Made by a program: the position numbers and the translations under genes
Shown: positions 9,339 through 17,276 of the stretch, piece by piece
Layout: every line of letters begins with the position of its first letter
Numbering within the stretch: position 1 is the stretch's first letter
The notes under the pieces: generated by a model
Seen by the model: only the letters and a program-made list of their open reading frames with translations
Told to the model about the DNA's origin: nothing
The model's database searches: none
Assembly (NCBI GenBank): GCA_044866005.1
Contig: JBIOTN010000004.1
Location: forward strand, 1 to 44,846
DNA from: Candidatus Rokuibacteriota bacterium
GTDB taxonomy: Bacteria; Methylomirabilota; Methylomirabilia; Rokubacteriales; DASRDR01
Reading direction: 5' to 3'
Length of the DNA: 44,846 bases

Positions 9339-9485
9339 GTTGGCGGCGAGGCTACGAGGGAGGCCGCCCGGCCGCTACCGCCGGGCCGCGCGCTTCGGGC
9401 GCCGGTGGGCGAATCGCCGGGGCGCGCCGGTCGACACGCGGACGCGCTCTGTGGTACGCCACGGGCCTCTCGTGCTCGGGCGAGT

Positions 9486-10043
9486 CTACCCTTCGGGGCG
9501 AAGGAAAGTCAAGGCGGTTTCGCCGAAATGGCGGGGCTCGCGGGCCGGCACGAGCCCGGCGACGGGGCGCACCGGCGTCTTGGCGAAATGCTGCACGATG
9601 ACCTGCGCGCGCGGCGCCACGAGCGGGCCACGGCCGAGCGCATCGAGCGTGCGCACCGCCAGGTCGCCGGCATACGGCGGATCGAGGAAGAGGAGGTCGA
9701 AGGGCGGCTCGCTCGCCGCGATGGCCGGCAGGACCGCCAGCACGTCGCCGGCCACGACGCGGGCGCGCTCGCGCCCGAGGCGCAGCGTCGCGAGATTCGC
9801 GCGCAGGGCGCGGAGGGCTCCGCGGTCCCGCTCGACGAAGACCGCGCGCGCGGCGCCGCGCGAGAGCGCCTCGATGCCGACGGCTCCCGTCCCGGCGAAG
9901 AGATCGAGGACGCGCAGCCCGGCGACCGCGGGCCCGAGGATGTCGAACAGCGCCACCCGCACCCGGTCCGCGGTCGGCCGCGTCCGGAGGCCGCGAGGCG
10001 CACCGAGCCGCCGTCCCCGCTCCGCTCCGCCGATCACCCTCAA
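9486..10043 (-). CDS. rsmD: 16S rRNA m2G966 methyltransferase
   Basis: LRVIGG..RPTADRVR..LDLFAGTGAVGIEALSRGA..FLDPPY. TTG start after GGAG; canonical recG-rsmD-coaD order. Confidence 0.93.
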   Translation of the reverse strand: MRVIGGAERGRRLGAPRGLRTRPTADRVRVALFDILGPAVAGLRVLDLFAGTGAVGIEALSRGAARAVFVERDRGALRALRANLATLRLGRERARVVAGDVLAVLPAIAASEPPFDLLFLDPPYAGDLAVRTLDALGRGPLVAPRAQVIVQHFAKTPVRPVAGLVPAREPRHFGETALTFLRPEG

Positions 10044-10056
10044 TCTTGCTCTCCAG

Positions 10057-10109
10057 TGCCGGGCCGCAGGACGCCGAGATGCGGCCGTCATGGGCACGGC
10101 ATCGGCACG
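10057..10109 (-). repeat. Repeat family 1, short internally deleted copy after the recG stop
   Basis: CGTGCCGAT..CCGCATCTCGGCGTCCTGCGGCCCGGCA contains both conserved termini. Confidence 0.55.
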
Positions 10110-12260
10110 TCAGCCGACGGAGGCGAGATCCAGCCCCTCGCGCCAGCGCGCGACGAGCGCCTCGCGGAGCGCGCGGTGCTCCGGCGCGCGGAGCCGAGGG
10201 TCGCGCTCGACCAGGACGAACGCCTCCCGCCGGGCCTCCTCGAGGAGTCGGCCATCCGTGAGCAGGTTCGCCGCGCGGAACTCGGGCAGGCCGGCCTGCC
10301 GGGTCCCGAAGAAGTCGCCGGGGCCGCGGATCTGGAGGTCGACCTCCGCGATCCGGAAGCCGTCCTGCGTCTCGCACATGGCCTGAAGCCGCTGCTGGGC
10401 CTCGTCCGAGAGGAGCCCGGAGGCGAGCAGGATGCAGTAGGCGCGGGCGCCGCCGCGCCCGACGCGGCCGCGGAGCTGGTGGAGCTGGGCCAGGCCGAAG
10501 CGCTCGGCGTGCTCGATCAGCATCACGGACGCGTTGGGGACGTCGATCCCGACCTCGATGACCGTCGTCGCCACGAGGACGTCGAGGTCTCGGGCCTTGA
10601 ACGCGCGCATGACGGCATCCTTCGCGTCGAAGGACATGCGCCCGTGGATCAGCCCGACGCGGCGGTCGGGAAAGACCTCGGCCGCCAGGCGCTCGGCCAT
10701 GGCCGTCGCCGCCTTGAGGTCGGACGCTTCCGTCTCCTCGACCAGCGGGTAGACCACGTAGGCTTGACGCCCGGCCTCGAGCTCGCCGCGGATGAACTCG
10801 TAGATCTGCGCGCGCTTCGCCTCGGCGCGCCAGACGGTCGTGATCGCCTGGCGCCCGGGCGGGAGCTCGTCGAGGACGGACACGTCGAGGTCGCCGTAGA
10901 GCGTCAGGGCAAGCGTCCGGGGGATCGGCGTCGCCGTCATGACGAGCACGTCCGGGTATTCGCCCTTGGCCCGGAGCGAGGCGCGCTGCAGCACGCCGAA
11001 GCGATGCTGCTCGTCCACGACGACGAGGCCGAGCCGGTGGAAGGCGACGCGTTCCTGGATCAACGCGTGGGTCCCGATGACGATCGGCGCGGCGCCGCTT
11101 CGCACCGCGGCGAGGACCGCCTCGCGCTGGCGGACCTTCTGCCCGGAGGTGAGCAGCGCGACCGGGACCCCGAGCGGCTCGACGAGGGCTCGCACGGTCC
11201 CCAGGTGCTGCTCGGCCAGGATCTCGGTCGGCGCCATGAGCACGGCCTGGTAGCCGGCCTCGACGGCGGTGAGGAGCGCCATGACGGCCACGATCGTCTT
11301 GCCCGACCCGACGTCGCCCTGGAGGAGGCGGTTCGTCGCGGTCGGACGGGCCAGGTCGGCGCGGATCTCCTCCCAGACCCGCCGCTGCGCGGCGGTCAGC
11401 TCGAACGGGAGCGTGGCCCGGAGCCGCTCGACCAGCTCGCCCGGAGGCGCCATGGCGTGCCCCGGCCGCGCCCCCTCGCGCCGGCGCCGGATGGCGAGCC
11501 CGAGCTGGAGCAGGAAGAAGTCCTCGAACACGAACCGGCGGCGCGCGGCTTCCGCGGCCTCCAGCGACTCGGGAAAGTGGATCGTCCGATAGGCCAGGGG
11601 GGCCGGCAGGAGGTCCCGCCGCCGCCGCAACTCATCCGGCAGGGCGTCCGGCACGGCGTCCGCGAAGCGCTCGACCACCCGGTGCTGGAGCGAGCGCATC
11701 GGTCGCTGCGTGAGCCCTTCGGTGAGTCCGTAGATCGGCACGATCCGCCCCATGTGGAGCGAGGCGTCGTCGCCGTCCTCCACGATTTCGAATTCCGGGT
11801 TCTGGAAGACCGGCTTGCGGTTCCTGTCCGGAGCGACCTTGCCGTGGAGGACGACGCGCTGACCGCGCTTGAAGACCTGGGCCAGGTAGGGCTGGTTGAA
11901 CCAGAGGCTCCCGAAGAAGCCGGAGTCGTCGCGGAACAGGACGCGAAGCGGGACGCGGGGCCGGCCCCGGGGCGGCGGGGACAGCCCGACGACCGTGCCT
12001 GCGGCCGTGTGGGTCTCGCCGATCCGCACCTGGCGGAACGGCACGAGCTGGCGGCGATCCTCGTAGCGGTGCGGAAACCAGCTCAGGGCGTCGCGGATCG
12101 TGTGGAGGCCGAGCCGATCGAGGAGCCGGGCGCGCTGCGGGCCGACACCCTTGAAGTACTGGAGCGGGCTCTCGAGAGCCGGCGCCGGGTCAGGCCGCGG
12201 GTCCACCGGAGGCTCGGCGGGCCGGGTCGGAGGCCGGGCTTGTTTCACCGCGCTCTCCAT
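10110..12260 (-). CDS. recG: ATP-dependent DNA helicase RecG
   Basis: LLQGDVGSGKT, MAPTEILAEQH, DEQHRFGV, MTATPIPRTL, QLHQLRGRVGRG, RGPGDFFGTRQAG. Confidence 0.97.
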   Translation of the reverse strand: MESAVKQARPPTRPAEPPVDPRPDPAPALESPLQYFKGVGPQRARLLDRLGLHTIRDALSWFPHRYEDRRQLVPFRQVRIGETHTAAGTVVGLSPPPRGRPRVPLRVLFRDDSGFFGSLWFNQPYLAQVFKRGQRVVLHGKVAPDRNRKPVFQNPEFEIVEDGDDASLHMGRIVPIYGLTEGLTQRPMRSLQHRVVERFADAVPDALPDELRRRRDLLPAPLAYRTIHFPESLEAAEAARRRFVFEDFFLLQLGLAIRRRREGARPGHAMAPPGELVERLRATLPFELTAAQRRVWEEIRADLARPTATNRLLQGDVGSGKTIVAVMALLTAVEAGYQAVLMAPTEILAEQHLGTVRALVEPLGVPVALLTSGQKVRQREAVLAAVRSGAAPIVIGTHALIQERVAFHRLGLVVVDEQHRFGVLQRASLRAKGEYPDVLVMTATPIPRTLALTLYGDLDVSVLDELPPGRQAITTVWRAEAKRAQIYEFIRGELEAGRQAYVVYPLVEETEASDLKAATAMAERLAAEVFPDRRVGLIHGRMSFDAKDAVMRAFKARDLDVLVATTVIEVGIDVPNASVMLIEHAERFGLAQLHQLRGRVGRGGARAYCILLASGLLSDEAQQRLQAMCETQDGFRIAEVDLQIRGPGDFFGTRQAGLPEFRAANLLTDGRLLEEARREAFVLVERDPRLRAPEHRALREALVARWREGLDLASVG

Positions 12261-12324
12261 GGTATAGAAAAGCGTCGCCCCCCGGCAAGCCGCGCGGGGC
12301 GTCATTGCTTTTGAGGAGCCACTC

Positions 12325-12516
12325 ATGGCACAGCGTTGCGATGTCTGCGGGAAGGGTCCCGTCGTGGGTCACCAGATCAGCCACGCGCACAACGTGAGCA
12401 AGCGTCGATGGCTGCCGAACCTCGTGGCCATCCGCGCGGTCGTGGACGGTCGGGCCCGCCGGATCCGCGTCTGCACGCGCTGCCTGCGCACGGGCAAGAT
12501 CGTCAAGGCCGTCTAG
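12325..12516 (+). CDS. rpmB: 50S ribosomal protein L28
   Basis: MAQRCDVCGK..ISHAHNVSKRRWLPNL..VCTRCLR; SD GAGGAG. Confidence 0.97.
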   Translation: MAQRCDVCGKGPVVGHQISHAHNVSKRRWLPNLVAIRAVVDGRARRIRVCTRCLRTGKIVKAV

Positions 12517-12580
12517 TCCCAGATCGGACGGGGCCGCCACGGCCTCCCCGAGACCGCTCCGGCGTCTGCGACGAAACGCC

Positions 12581-12611
12581 GGCCGCCGAGGAGGGGCGCT
12601 CCCCGGCGGCC
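12581..12611 (-). terminator. Putative terminator hairpin between the convergent rpmB and micro-ORF unit
   Basis: Minus strand GGCCGCCGGGGAG-cgccc-CTCCTCGGCGGCC forms a 13-bp stem with one G-U pair. The U tail is weak. Confidence 0.45.
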
Positions 12612-12665
12612 GTCACGATGAGTCCCGGGCGGGGGCCGCTACCTCGCCCCGCACCCGATCCCACG

Positions 12666-12704
12666 TTACTTCTTCTTCTTCTTGGCGGCCTTCTTCTTCG
12701 CCAC
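12666..12704 (-). CDS. Lysine-rich micropeptide MAKKKAAKKKKK (12 aa; 15 aa if ATG 12713 is used)
   Basis: GGGAGGTGAT-gcgcaca-GTG GCG AAG AAG AAG GCC GCC (AAG)5 TAA. A full anti-SD match lies 7 nt upstream of the GTG. Confidence 0.7.
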   Translation of the reverse strand: MAKKKAAKKKKK

Positions 12705-12783
12705 TGTGCGCATCACCTCCCTTTCGTTAGGGTCGGCTGGCGGGGAGGCTGCACCCGTCCCCGCCTCGCCTTGGCGCTCCTAG

Positions 12784-12819
12784 CTACTTCTTCTTCTTGG
12801 CCTTTTTCCTCGTCGCCAT
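12784..12819 (-). CDS. Lysine-rich micropeptide MATRKKAKKKK (11 aa)
   Basis: GGAGGAGGTGA-gagag-ATG GCG ACG AGG AAA AAG GCC (AAG)4 TAG. Confidence 0.7.
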   Translation of the reverse strand: MATRKKAKKKK

Positions 12820-12889
12820 CTCTCTCACCTCCTCCCCACGCTGGGGTCGCGCCCTCGATCTCGGGCGCGCGCGCAGTCCGGGCACGAGC

Positions 12890-13936
12890 CTAGAAGCCCA
12901 TCGCGTCCCGGCGCAGCTTGTCGGCCTGCTCCCGTCCCCGTCGCTCGTGGTGATAGAGATCCACGTACAGTTGCGGGAGGCAGACGACGCGGAGTCCGCC
13001 CTTCGTGAGCGGCGCGTAGAAAACGCCGAGGTCGTACGGCGTCATGAGGTAGACCGTGCCTTCGCCCTCGACCGGCTGAAGCCCCAGTGCCCGGGCCACC
13101 GGCTCCGAGTCGCCGCCCACGTAGCAGTGGATGGTGGGCACCCGGACCTGCGGCCCGACGAGCGAGGCGCCGGCGTGGAGCGTGAACGCGTAGCTCATCC
13201 CGGCGGCCGCGGCCTGGCGTGCCAGGCTCTCCATGAGTCGCCGCTTGTCGGCGACCGGCGAGACGAAGGCCGCGGTGGTGTTCACCCGGTAGGTGTACTC
13301 GTCGCGCCACGCGTCGAGGAGCTCCCCGGGCCGCTGGAGGCGGAAGCGCCCCTCCGGGCCGCGCTCGATCCACTCGACGTCCTCGAGCCGCCGCACGACG
13401 TTGTGGGCGTGCCCGAGGCTCACCGAAGCCGCGCGGCCGAGCTCCTCCAGGCGCCAGCTGCGATCGCGCTCGACGAGAAGGGCCCGGACGATCCGCGTCG
13501 CCCGCGGCGCGAAAAGCGCCTTGAGCGGGCGGCTGGCCGGCCGCACGTTCGGCTTGCCCTCCTTCTCGATGAGCACGTTGTCGAAGGCGAGGTAACAGTT
13601 GCCGGAGAGATCGACGTACCCCGAGCCGTGCTGCCGGAGCAGGGCCGCCGACTGCGGACTGATGTACGGCGCGACCGCGACGGAATAGGCACCGGGGACC
13701 TGCTCCCGCAGGCCACGGAGGCGCGTGAGCACCTCGCGGATGTAGCGGGGCTGGCCGACCGGGCGGACCTCGCAGATCAGGACCTTGGTCTCCGAGCCCA
13801 TCCGGAAGCGGACGAGCAGATCGACCGTCTGTTCCCCGACGTGCGTATCGAGAAGCTCTTGCCAATCGGTGGCTTGAGGAAACAGGTTCCGCAGCCGCTG
13901 GGCGGCTTGCTTCTTGAGATCACCGACTCGGACCAT
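12890..13936 (-). CDS. AbiEi-family (AbiEi_2/DUF2186-like) antitoxin/transcriptional regulator
   Basis: VAPYISP..GYVDLSGNCYL, central wHTH (ELGRAASVSLGHAHNVVRRL), LLDAW, C-terminal PQLYVDLY..RGREQA. Confidence 0.75.
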   Translation of the reverse strand: MVRVGDLKKQAAQRLRNLFPQATDWQELLDTHVGEQTVDLLVRFRMGSETKVLICEVRPVGQPRYIREVLTRLRGLREQVPGAYSVAVAPYISPQSAALLRQHGSGYVDLSGNCYLAFDNVLIEKEGKPNVRPASRPLKALFAPRATRIVRALLVERDRSWRLEELGRAASVSLGHAHNVVRRLEDVEWIERGPEGRFRLQRPGELLDAWRDEYTYRVNTTAAFVSPVADKRRLMESLARQAAAAGMSYAFTLHAGASLVGPQVRVPTIHCYVGGDSEPVARALGLQPVEGEGTVYLMTPYDLGVFYAPLTKGGLRVVCLPQLYVDLYHHERRGREQADKLRRDAMGF

Positions 13937-14002
13937 GGTTTCACTTGTCCCGACATTTTCAGCAGCCGCTGAAACACTAGAAGGAAGTGAAAACCTTGTC
14001 AA
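13937..14002 (-). promoter_or_regulatory. Sigma70-type promoter with inverted-repeat operators
   Basis: TTGACA(14002-13997)-17 nt-TAGTGT(13979-13974); inverted pair TTTCACTT...AAGTGAAA and near-palindrome TTTCAGCGGCTGCTGAAA. Confidence 0.7.
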
Positions 14003-14167
14003 GTAAAAAAACGGCGAACCCGGCCGGGCAGTTGACGGTCCACCCCCGTCTGGCCGAAATGCCGTTTTCGAACTCGCGGGCAGCGGGCAAGCCGGCGCTT
14101 GCCCGCCCCGCGCGCCCGCGCTAGAGTGCGCCGCGCGATGGCTGCGGCCAGACGACGGCGCGCCCAC

Positions 14168-15841
14168 ATGGAGGGAAAGGCCTCCACGGCCGCGCTGGTC
14201 GCCGAGCTCGACCGCGTCAAGAGCCGGTTCGGCGCCGGCGACCGCGCCGCGAAGCGCGAGGCGCTCGCCGCCCTGGCGACGCGCCACATCCCGGACGTGC
14301 CGGGACTCCTTCGCTTTCACGACGCCCTCTGCTTCCTGCGCGCGTATCCGGGCGATCCCGGACTGCTCTCGACCGTGGAGCGGGCGCTCGAGCGGTTCGG
14401 GGCGCGCGTGACCGCCCGCCGGGTTGAGGGCGGCGACGGGGCGGTCCGGGCCCTTGAGGAGACCGGCGTCGCGCGGACGACCGTCTACTGCCCCCTGTCC
14501 CATCCGGCCCTGCGGTGGCTGGCCGAGCGCTTCCCGACGGCGGCGGAGATCGACTGGGACGACGCGGAGACGGAGGAGCGCGTGGGGAAACTGCTTCCGC
14601 TCGTCCTGGCGCTCGCCGACGAGGAGGCCCTGGTCGAGGTCGGCACCTCGACCCGGGCGTGGCTCCAGGCCGCCAAGCGCGGCGATCCGCGCAGCGACCT
14701 CGCCTGGCTCCTCGCACGGGTGAGGCGGGGCCTACCCGACCCCGCGCGGCGGCTCGTCGAGCGCTGGCTGGAGCTCCGCACCGTGTGGCGCCTCGGCGAC
14801 GACGCGGGCTCGCGCACCCTGGCCGCGCGGCCGGGCCCACGGATCTTCTTCCACCGGCGCGACCTCCTCCGATGGCGCGGGCCCCTCGGGCGGCGGCTGC
14901 CGGGCGGGCGAATCGTCGTCAGGCGCGCCGCCCGTGACGAGGCCGCGGCCCTGCTCGATGCGGCGCGCGCGGCGGTCGTCGTCCGCTACCGCGAAGTCCA
15001 CAGCTTCAACTTCGCCGACCCGCGGGACGTGCTCGTCGCCGACGTGGGTCGGGGCGTGCGTCTGGCCTGGTTCGGTCTCCTCCCCGCGCATCGGCTGCCG
15101 CTCCGGGCCCACTACGGCTATCTGGTGGTGAAGAACGGCGTGCCGGTTGGATACGGCGACGCCTCGCTCCTCTTCGACTGGGTCGAGATCGCGTACAACA
15201 TCTTCGAGACGTTCCGCCAGGGCGAGTCCGCGTTCATCTTCGTCCGCCTGCTCGCGTTCCTCTACCAGCGGTTCGCCGTCCGGGCCTTCCACCTCAGTCG
15301 ATATCAGATCGGCCATGCGAACGACGAGGCGATCGCCTCCGGCGCGTTCTGGTTCTACTCCAAGCTGGGATTCCGGCCGACTCGACCGGACCTCCTGCAG
15401 CTCGCCAGGGAGGAACGGCGACGGATCGCTCGCGCCCCGGGCGCTCGCTCATCGCGGCGCACGCTCGAGCGCCTGGCGGAGGGCGGGATGTTCCTGGCCA
15501 TCGGGCGCCGCGCGAGGGACGCGGCGGCCTTCGACGCCGGGCGCGTGGGACGCGCGGCGGCAGCATGCTCGGGGCGTGGCGTCACCACCGCGGTCGCCCG
15601 GTGGCTGGGCGCGCCGCGATGGCGCCGCTGGCCCTCGACGGAGCGCGCGGCGTTCGACCGGCTGGCGCCGATCCTGGCCGCCATCCCGGGCCTTGCCCGC
15701 TGGCCGCCTCGCCAGCGCCGCGCGCTCGTCGCCGTGATCCGCGCCAAGGGCGGAGGGGAGGAGGCGGGCTACCTGCGGCTGATGCGGCGCCACCGCCGCC
15801 TGCGGGCCGGGGTCCTCCGGCTCGGCGCCGAGCGGCGCTGA
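14168..15841 (+). CDS. Hypothetical protein with a probable GNAT-like domain
   Basis: Long ORF with plausible composition containing LVVKNGVPVGYG..IFETFRQG..NDEAIASGAFWFYSKLGFRP. Start uncertain (14138 or 14168). Confidence 0.75.
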   Translation: MEGKASTAALVAELDRVKSRFGAGDRAAKREALAALATRHIPDVPGLLRFHDALCFLRAYPGDPGLLSTVERALERFGARVTARRVEGGDGAVRALEETGVARTTVYCPLSHPALRWLAERFPTAAEIDWDDAETEERVGKLLPLVLALADEEALVEVGTSTRAWLQAAKRGDPRSDLAWLLARVRRGLPDPARRLVERWLELRTVWRLGDDAGSRTLAARPGPRIFFHRRDLLRWRGPLGRRLPGGRIVVRRAARDEAAALLDAARAAVVVRYREVHSFNFADPRDVLVADVGRGVRLAWFGLLPAHRLPLRAHYGYLVVKNGVPVGYGDASLLFDWVEIAYNIFETFRQGESAFIFVRLLAFLYQRFAVRAFHLSRYQIGHANDEAIASGAFWFYSKLGFRPTRPDLLQLAREERRRIARAPGARSSRRTLERLAEGGMFLAIGRRARDAAAFDAGRVGRAAAACSGRGVTTAVARWLGAPRWRRWPSTERAAFDRLAPILAAIPGLARWPPRQRRALVAVIRAKGGGEEAGYLRLMRRHRRLRAGVLRLGAERR

Positions 15842-15884
15842 CGGCCGCGCGGGGGACACCCAACCCGCCGCCAATGGAGAGGGC

Positions 15885-15979
15885 GTTCCACTCCGAGCGG
15901 CGGCCCTGCCGCCGCAATGTTCCGCGCGGGAGGGGCGCGGTTTGGGAGGAGGCCGTCGAGCCCCCTTCCGAGGGGACTA
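15885..15979 (-). repeat. Repeat family 2 copy starting at the TAG stop of the metallopeptidase
   Basis: TAGTCCCCTCGGAAGGGGGCTCGACGGCCTCCTCC..TTGCGGCGGCAGGGCCGCCGCTCGGAGTGGAAC aligns with 41381-41468. Confidence 0.85.
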
Positions 15980-16351
15980 GCCCTGCTCGAATTCGGAGAG
16001 CCGGTCGTCGTCCAGGCCGAAGTAGTGACCGATCTCATGGACGACCGTGTCCTGGACGAGCGCCTCCATCTCGTCGACCGTCTCGCAGTCTTCCTGGATC
16101 GGTCCCTGGTAGATCGTGACGACGTCGGGGAGCACGCCGCCGTAAAAGGAGTCGCGTCGCGTCAGATTGGTCCCGCGATAGAGGCCGTAGAGGGTGTCGG
16201 GCGGCTCGATGCCCATCTCGTCGAGCGTGGCGTCGTCGGCCCAGTCCTCGACGATCACGGCGATGTTCTGGAGCTGCCGGCGAAACCTCGCGGGAAGCCG
16301 TTTGAGCGCCCGGTCCACGAGGGCCTCGAACTCTTTCCGGCTGAGATCCAC
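15977..16351 (-). CDS. Minimal zincin metallopeptidase family protein (DUF1025/Zincin_1)
   Basis: LYGLYRG, PDVVTIYQGPI, TVVHEIGHYFGLDDDRL. Confidence 0.92.
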   Translation of the reverse strand: MDLSRKEFEALVDRALKRLPARFRRQLQNIAVIVEDWADDATLDEMGIEPPDTLYGLYRGTNLTRRDSFYGGVLPDVVTIYQGPIQEDCETVDEMEALVQDTVVHEIGHYFGLDDDRLSEFEQG

Positions 16352-16381
16352 GCCCGGCCTCCCTGCCGCCCGCGTGACCCG

Positions 16382-17239
16382 TCAGCGCTGGCCCGCGAAC
16401 GCGAGGACGGCGTCGATCACGGCGGCGGGCTGCTCTTCCGGGATGAAGTGGCCGCAGTCGGGGACGGCGTGGCCTTCGACGTGCTCGCACCGGGCCTTCC
16501 ACACCCCCAGCATGTCCGCCGCCTGCGAGGTCCGGTCGGCGCCCCACAGCACGAGGGTCGGCACGGCGACCTTCCGGTGCCGGTCCGCCCCGTCGTGCTC
16601 GAGGTCGATGCTCCCTCCCGCCCGGTAGTCCTCGAAACCCGCCCGCATCGCGCCGGCTTGCCGGAAGCACCGCAGATACTCCTGGACCGCCTCTTCCTCG
16701 ATGGCGGCCGGGTTGTGGGCCCAGGCTCTGTACATGTAGCGCAGGTAGATCTCCTCGCGCCCGGCGGTGAGCGCCTCGGGGAGATCCGGCACCTGGTGGA
16801 AGAGCCAGTGCCAGACGCGGCGGGCGCGGTGGCGGTCGAGGCCCTCGAAGACGTCGTACGTCGGCGCGATGTCGAGGAGCACGAGCCGGGTCAGCAGCGT
16901 GGCATGGTCGAGCGCGAAGCGGTGCGCGACGCGCGCCCCCCGATCGTGGCCGACGAGGACGACGGGCGCGAGGTCGAGCGTCCGGATCACGCCGGCGATG
17001 TCGGCCGCCATCGTCCGCTTGTCGTAGCCGCCCGCCGGGCGGTCGGAGTCGCCGTAGCCGCGCAGGTCGGGCGCGACGACGGTGAAGCGCGCGGCGAGGG
17101 CCGGCATGACCTTCCGCCACATGTGGCCGGTCTGGGGATAGCCGTGGAGGAGCACCATGCCCGGGCCGGCGCCGAGGCGACGGTAGTGGAGCCGGACGCC
17201 GTCGCTCACGGTCACGGTGCCGCGAGTCAGCGTGTCCAT
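16382..17239 (-). CDS. Alpha/beta hydrolase (fluoroacetate dehalogenase/epoxide hydrolase-like)
   Basis: LLHGYPQT, PDLRGYGDS, VGHDRGARVA, WHWLF, EDYRA, CGHFIPEEQP. Confidence 0.92.
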   Translation of the reverse strand: MDTLTRGTVTVSDGVRLHYRRLGAGPGMVLLHGYPQTGHMWRKVMPALAARFTVVAPDLRGYGDSDRPAGGYDKRTMAADIAGVIRTLDLAPVVLVGHDRGARVAHRFALDHATLLTRLVLLDIAPTYDVFEGLDRHRARRVWHWLFHQVPDLPEALTAGREEIYLRYMYRAWAHNPAAIEEEAVQEYLRCFRQAGAMRAGFEDYRAGGSIDLEHDGADRHRKVAVPTLVLWGADRTSQAADMLGVWKARCEHVEGHAVPDCGHFIPEEQPAAVIDAVLAFAGQR

Positions 17240-17276
17240 GCCGAGGGGGCGGGGCTGCGGGTGCGCGCCGCGAGCG

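Noticed and set aside
9339..9485. GC-rich rsmD-coaD spacer, and similar spacers at 28940-29049 and 32735-32870, as further repeat copies or riboswitches
   Set aside because: Only short patches resemble the repeat families, and I recognised no riboswitch consensus. A covariance-model search is needed.
8628..12314. 1228-aa plus-strand ORF and other long antisense ORFs (e.g. 17217-19487, 33597-35882, 37842-39800)
   Set aside because: They shadow well-supported genes on the opposite strand, which is expected at this GC content, and show no recognisable motifs.
12666..12800. (CTT)n runs read as simple microsatellites
   Set aside because: They are in frame between SD-led starts and stops in two independent units, so coding is the better explanation.
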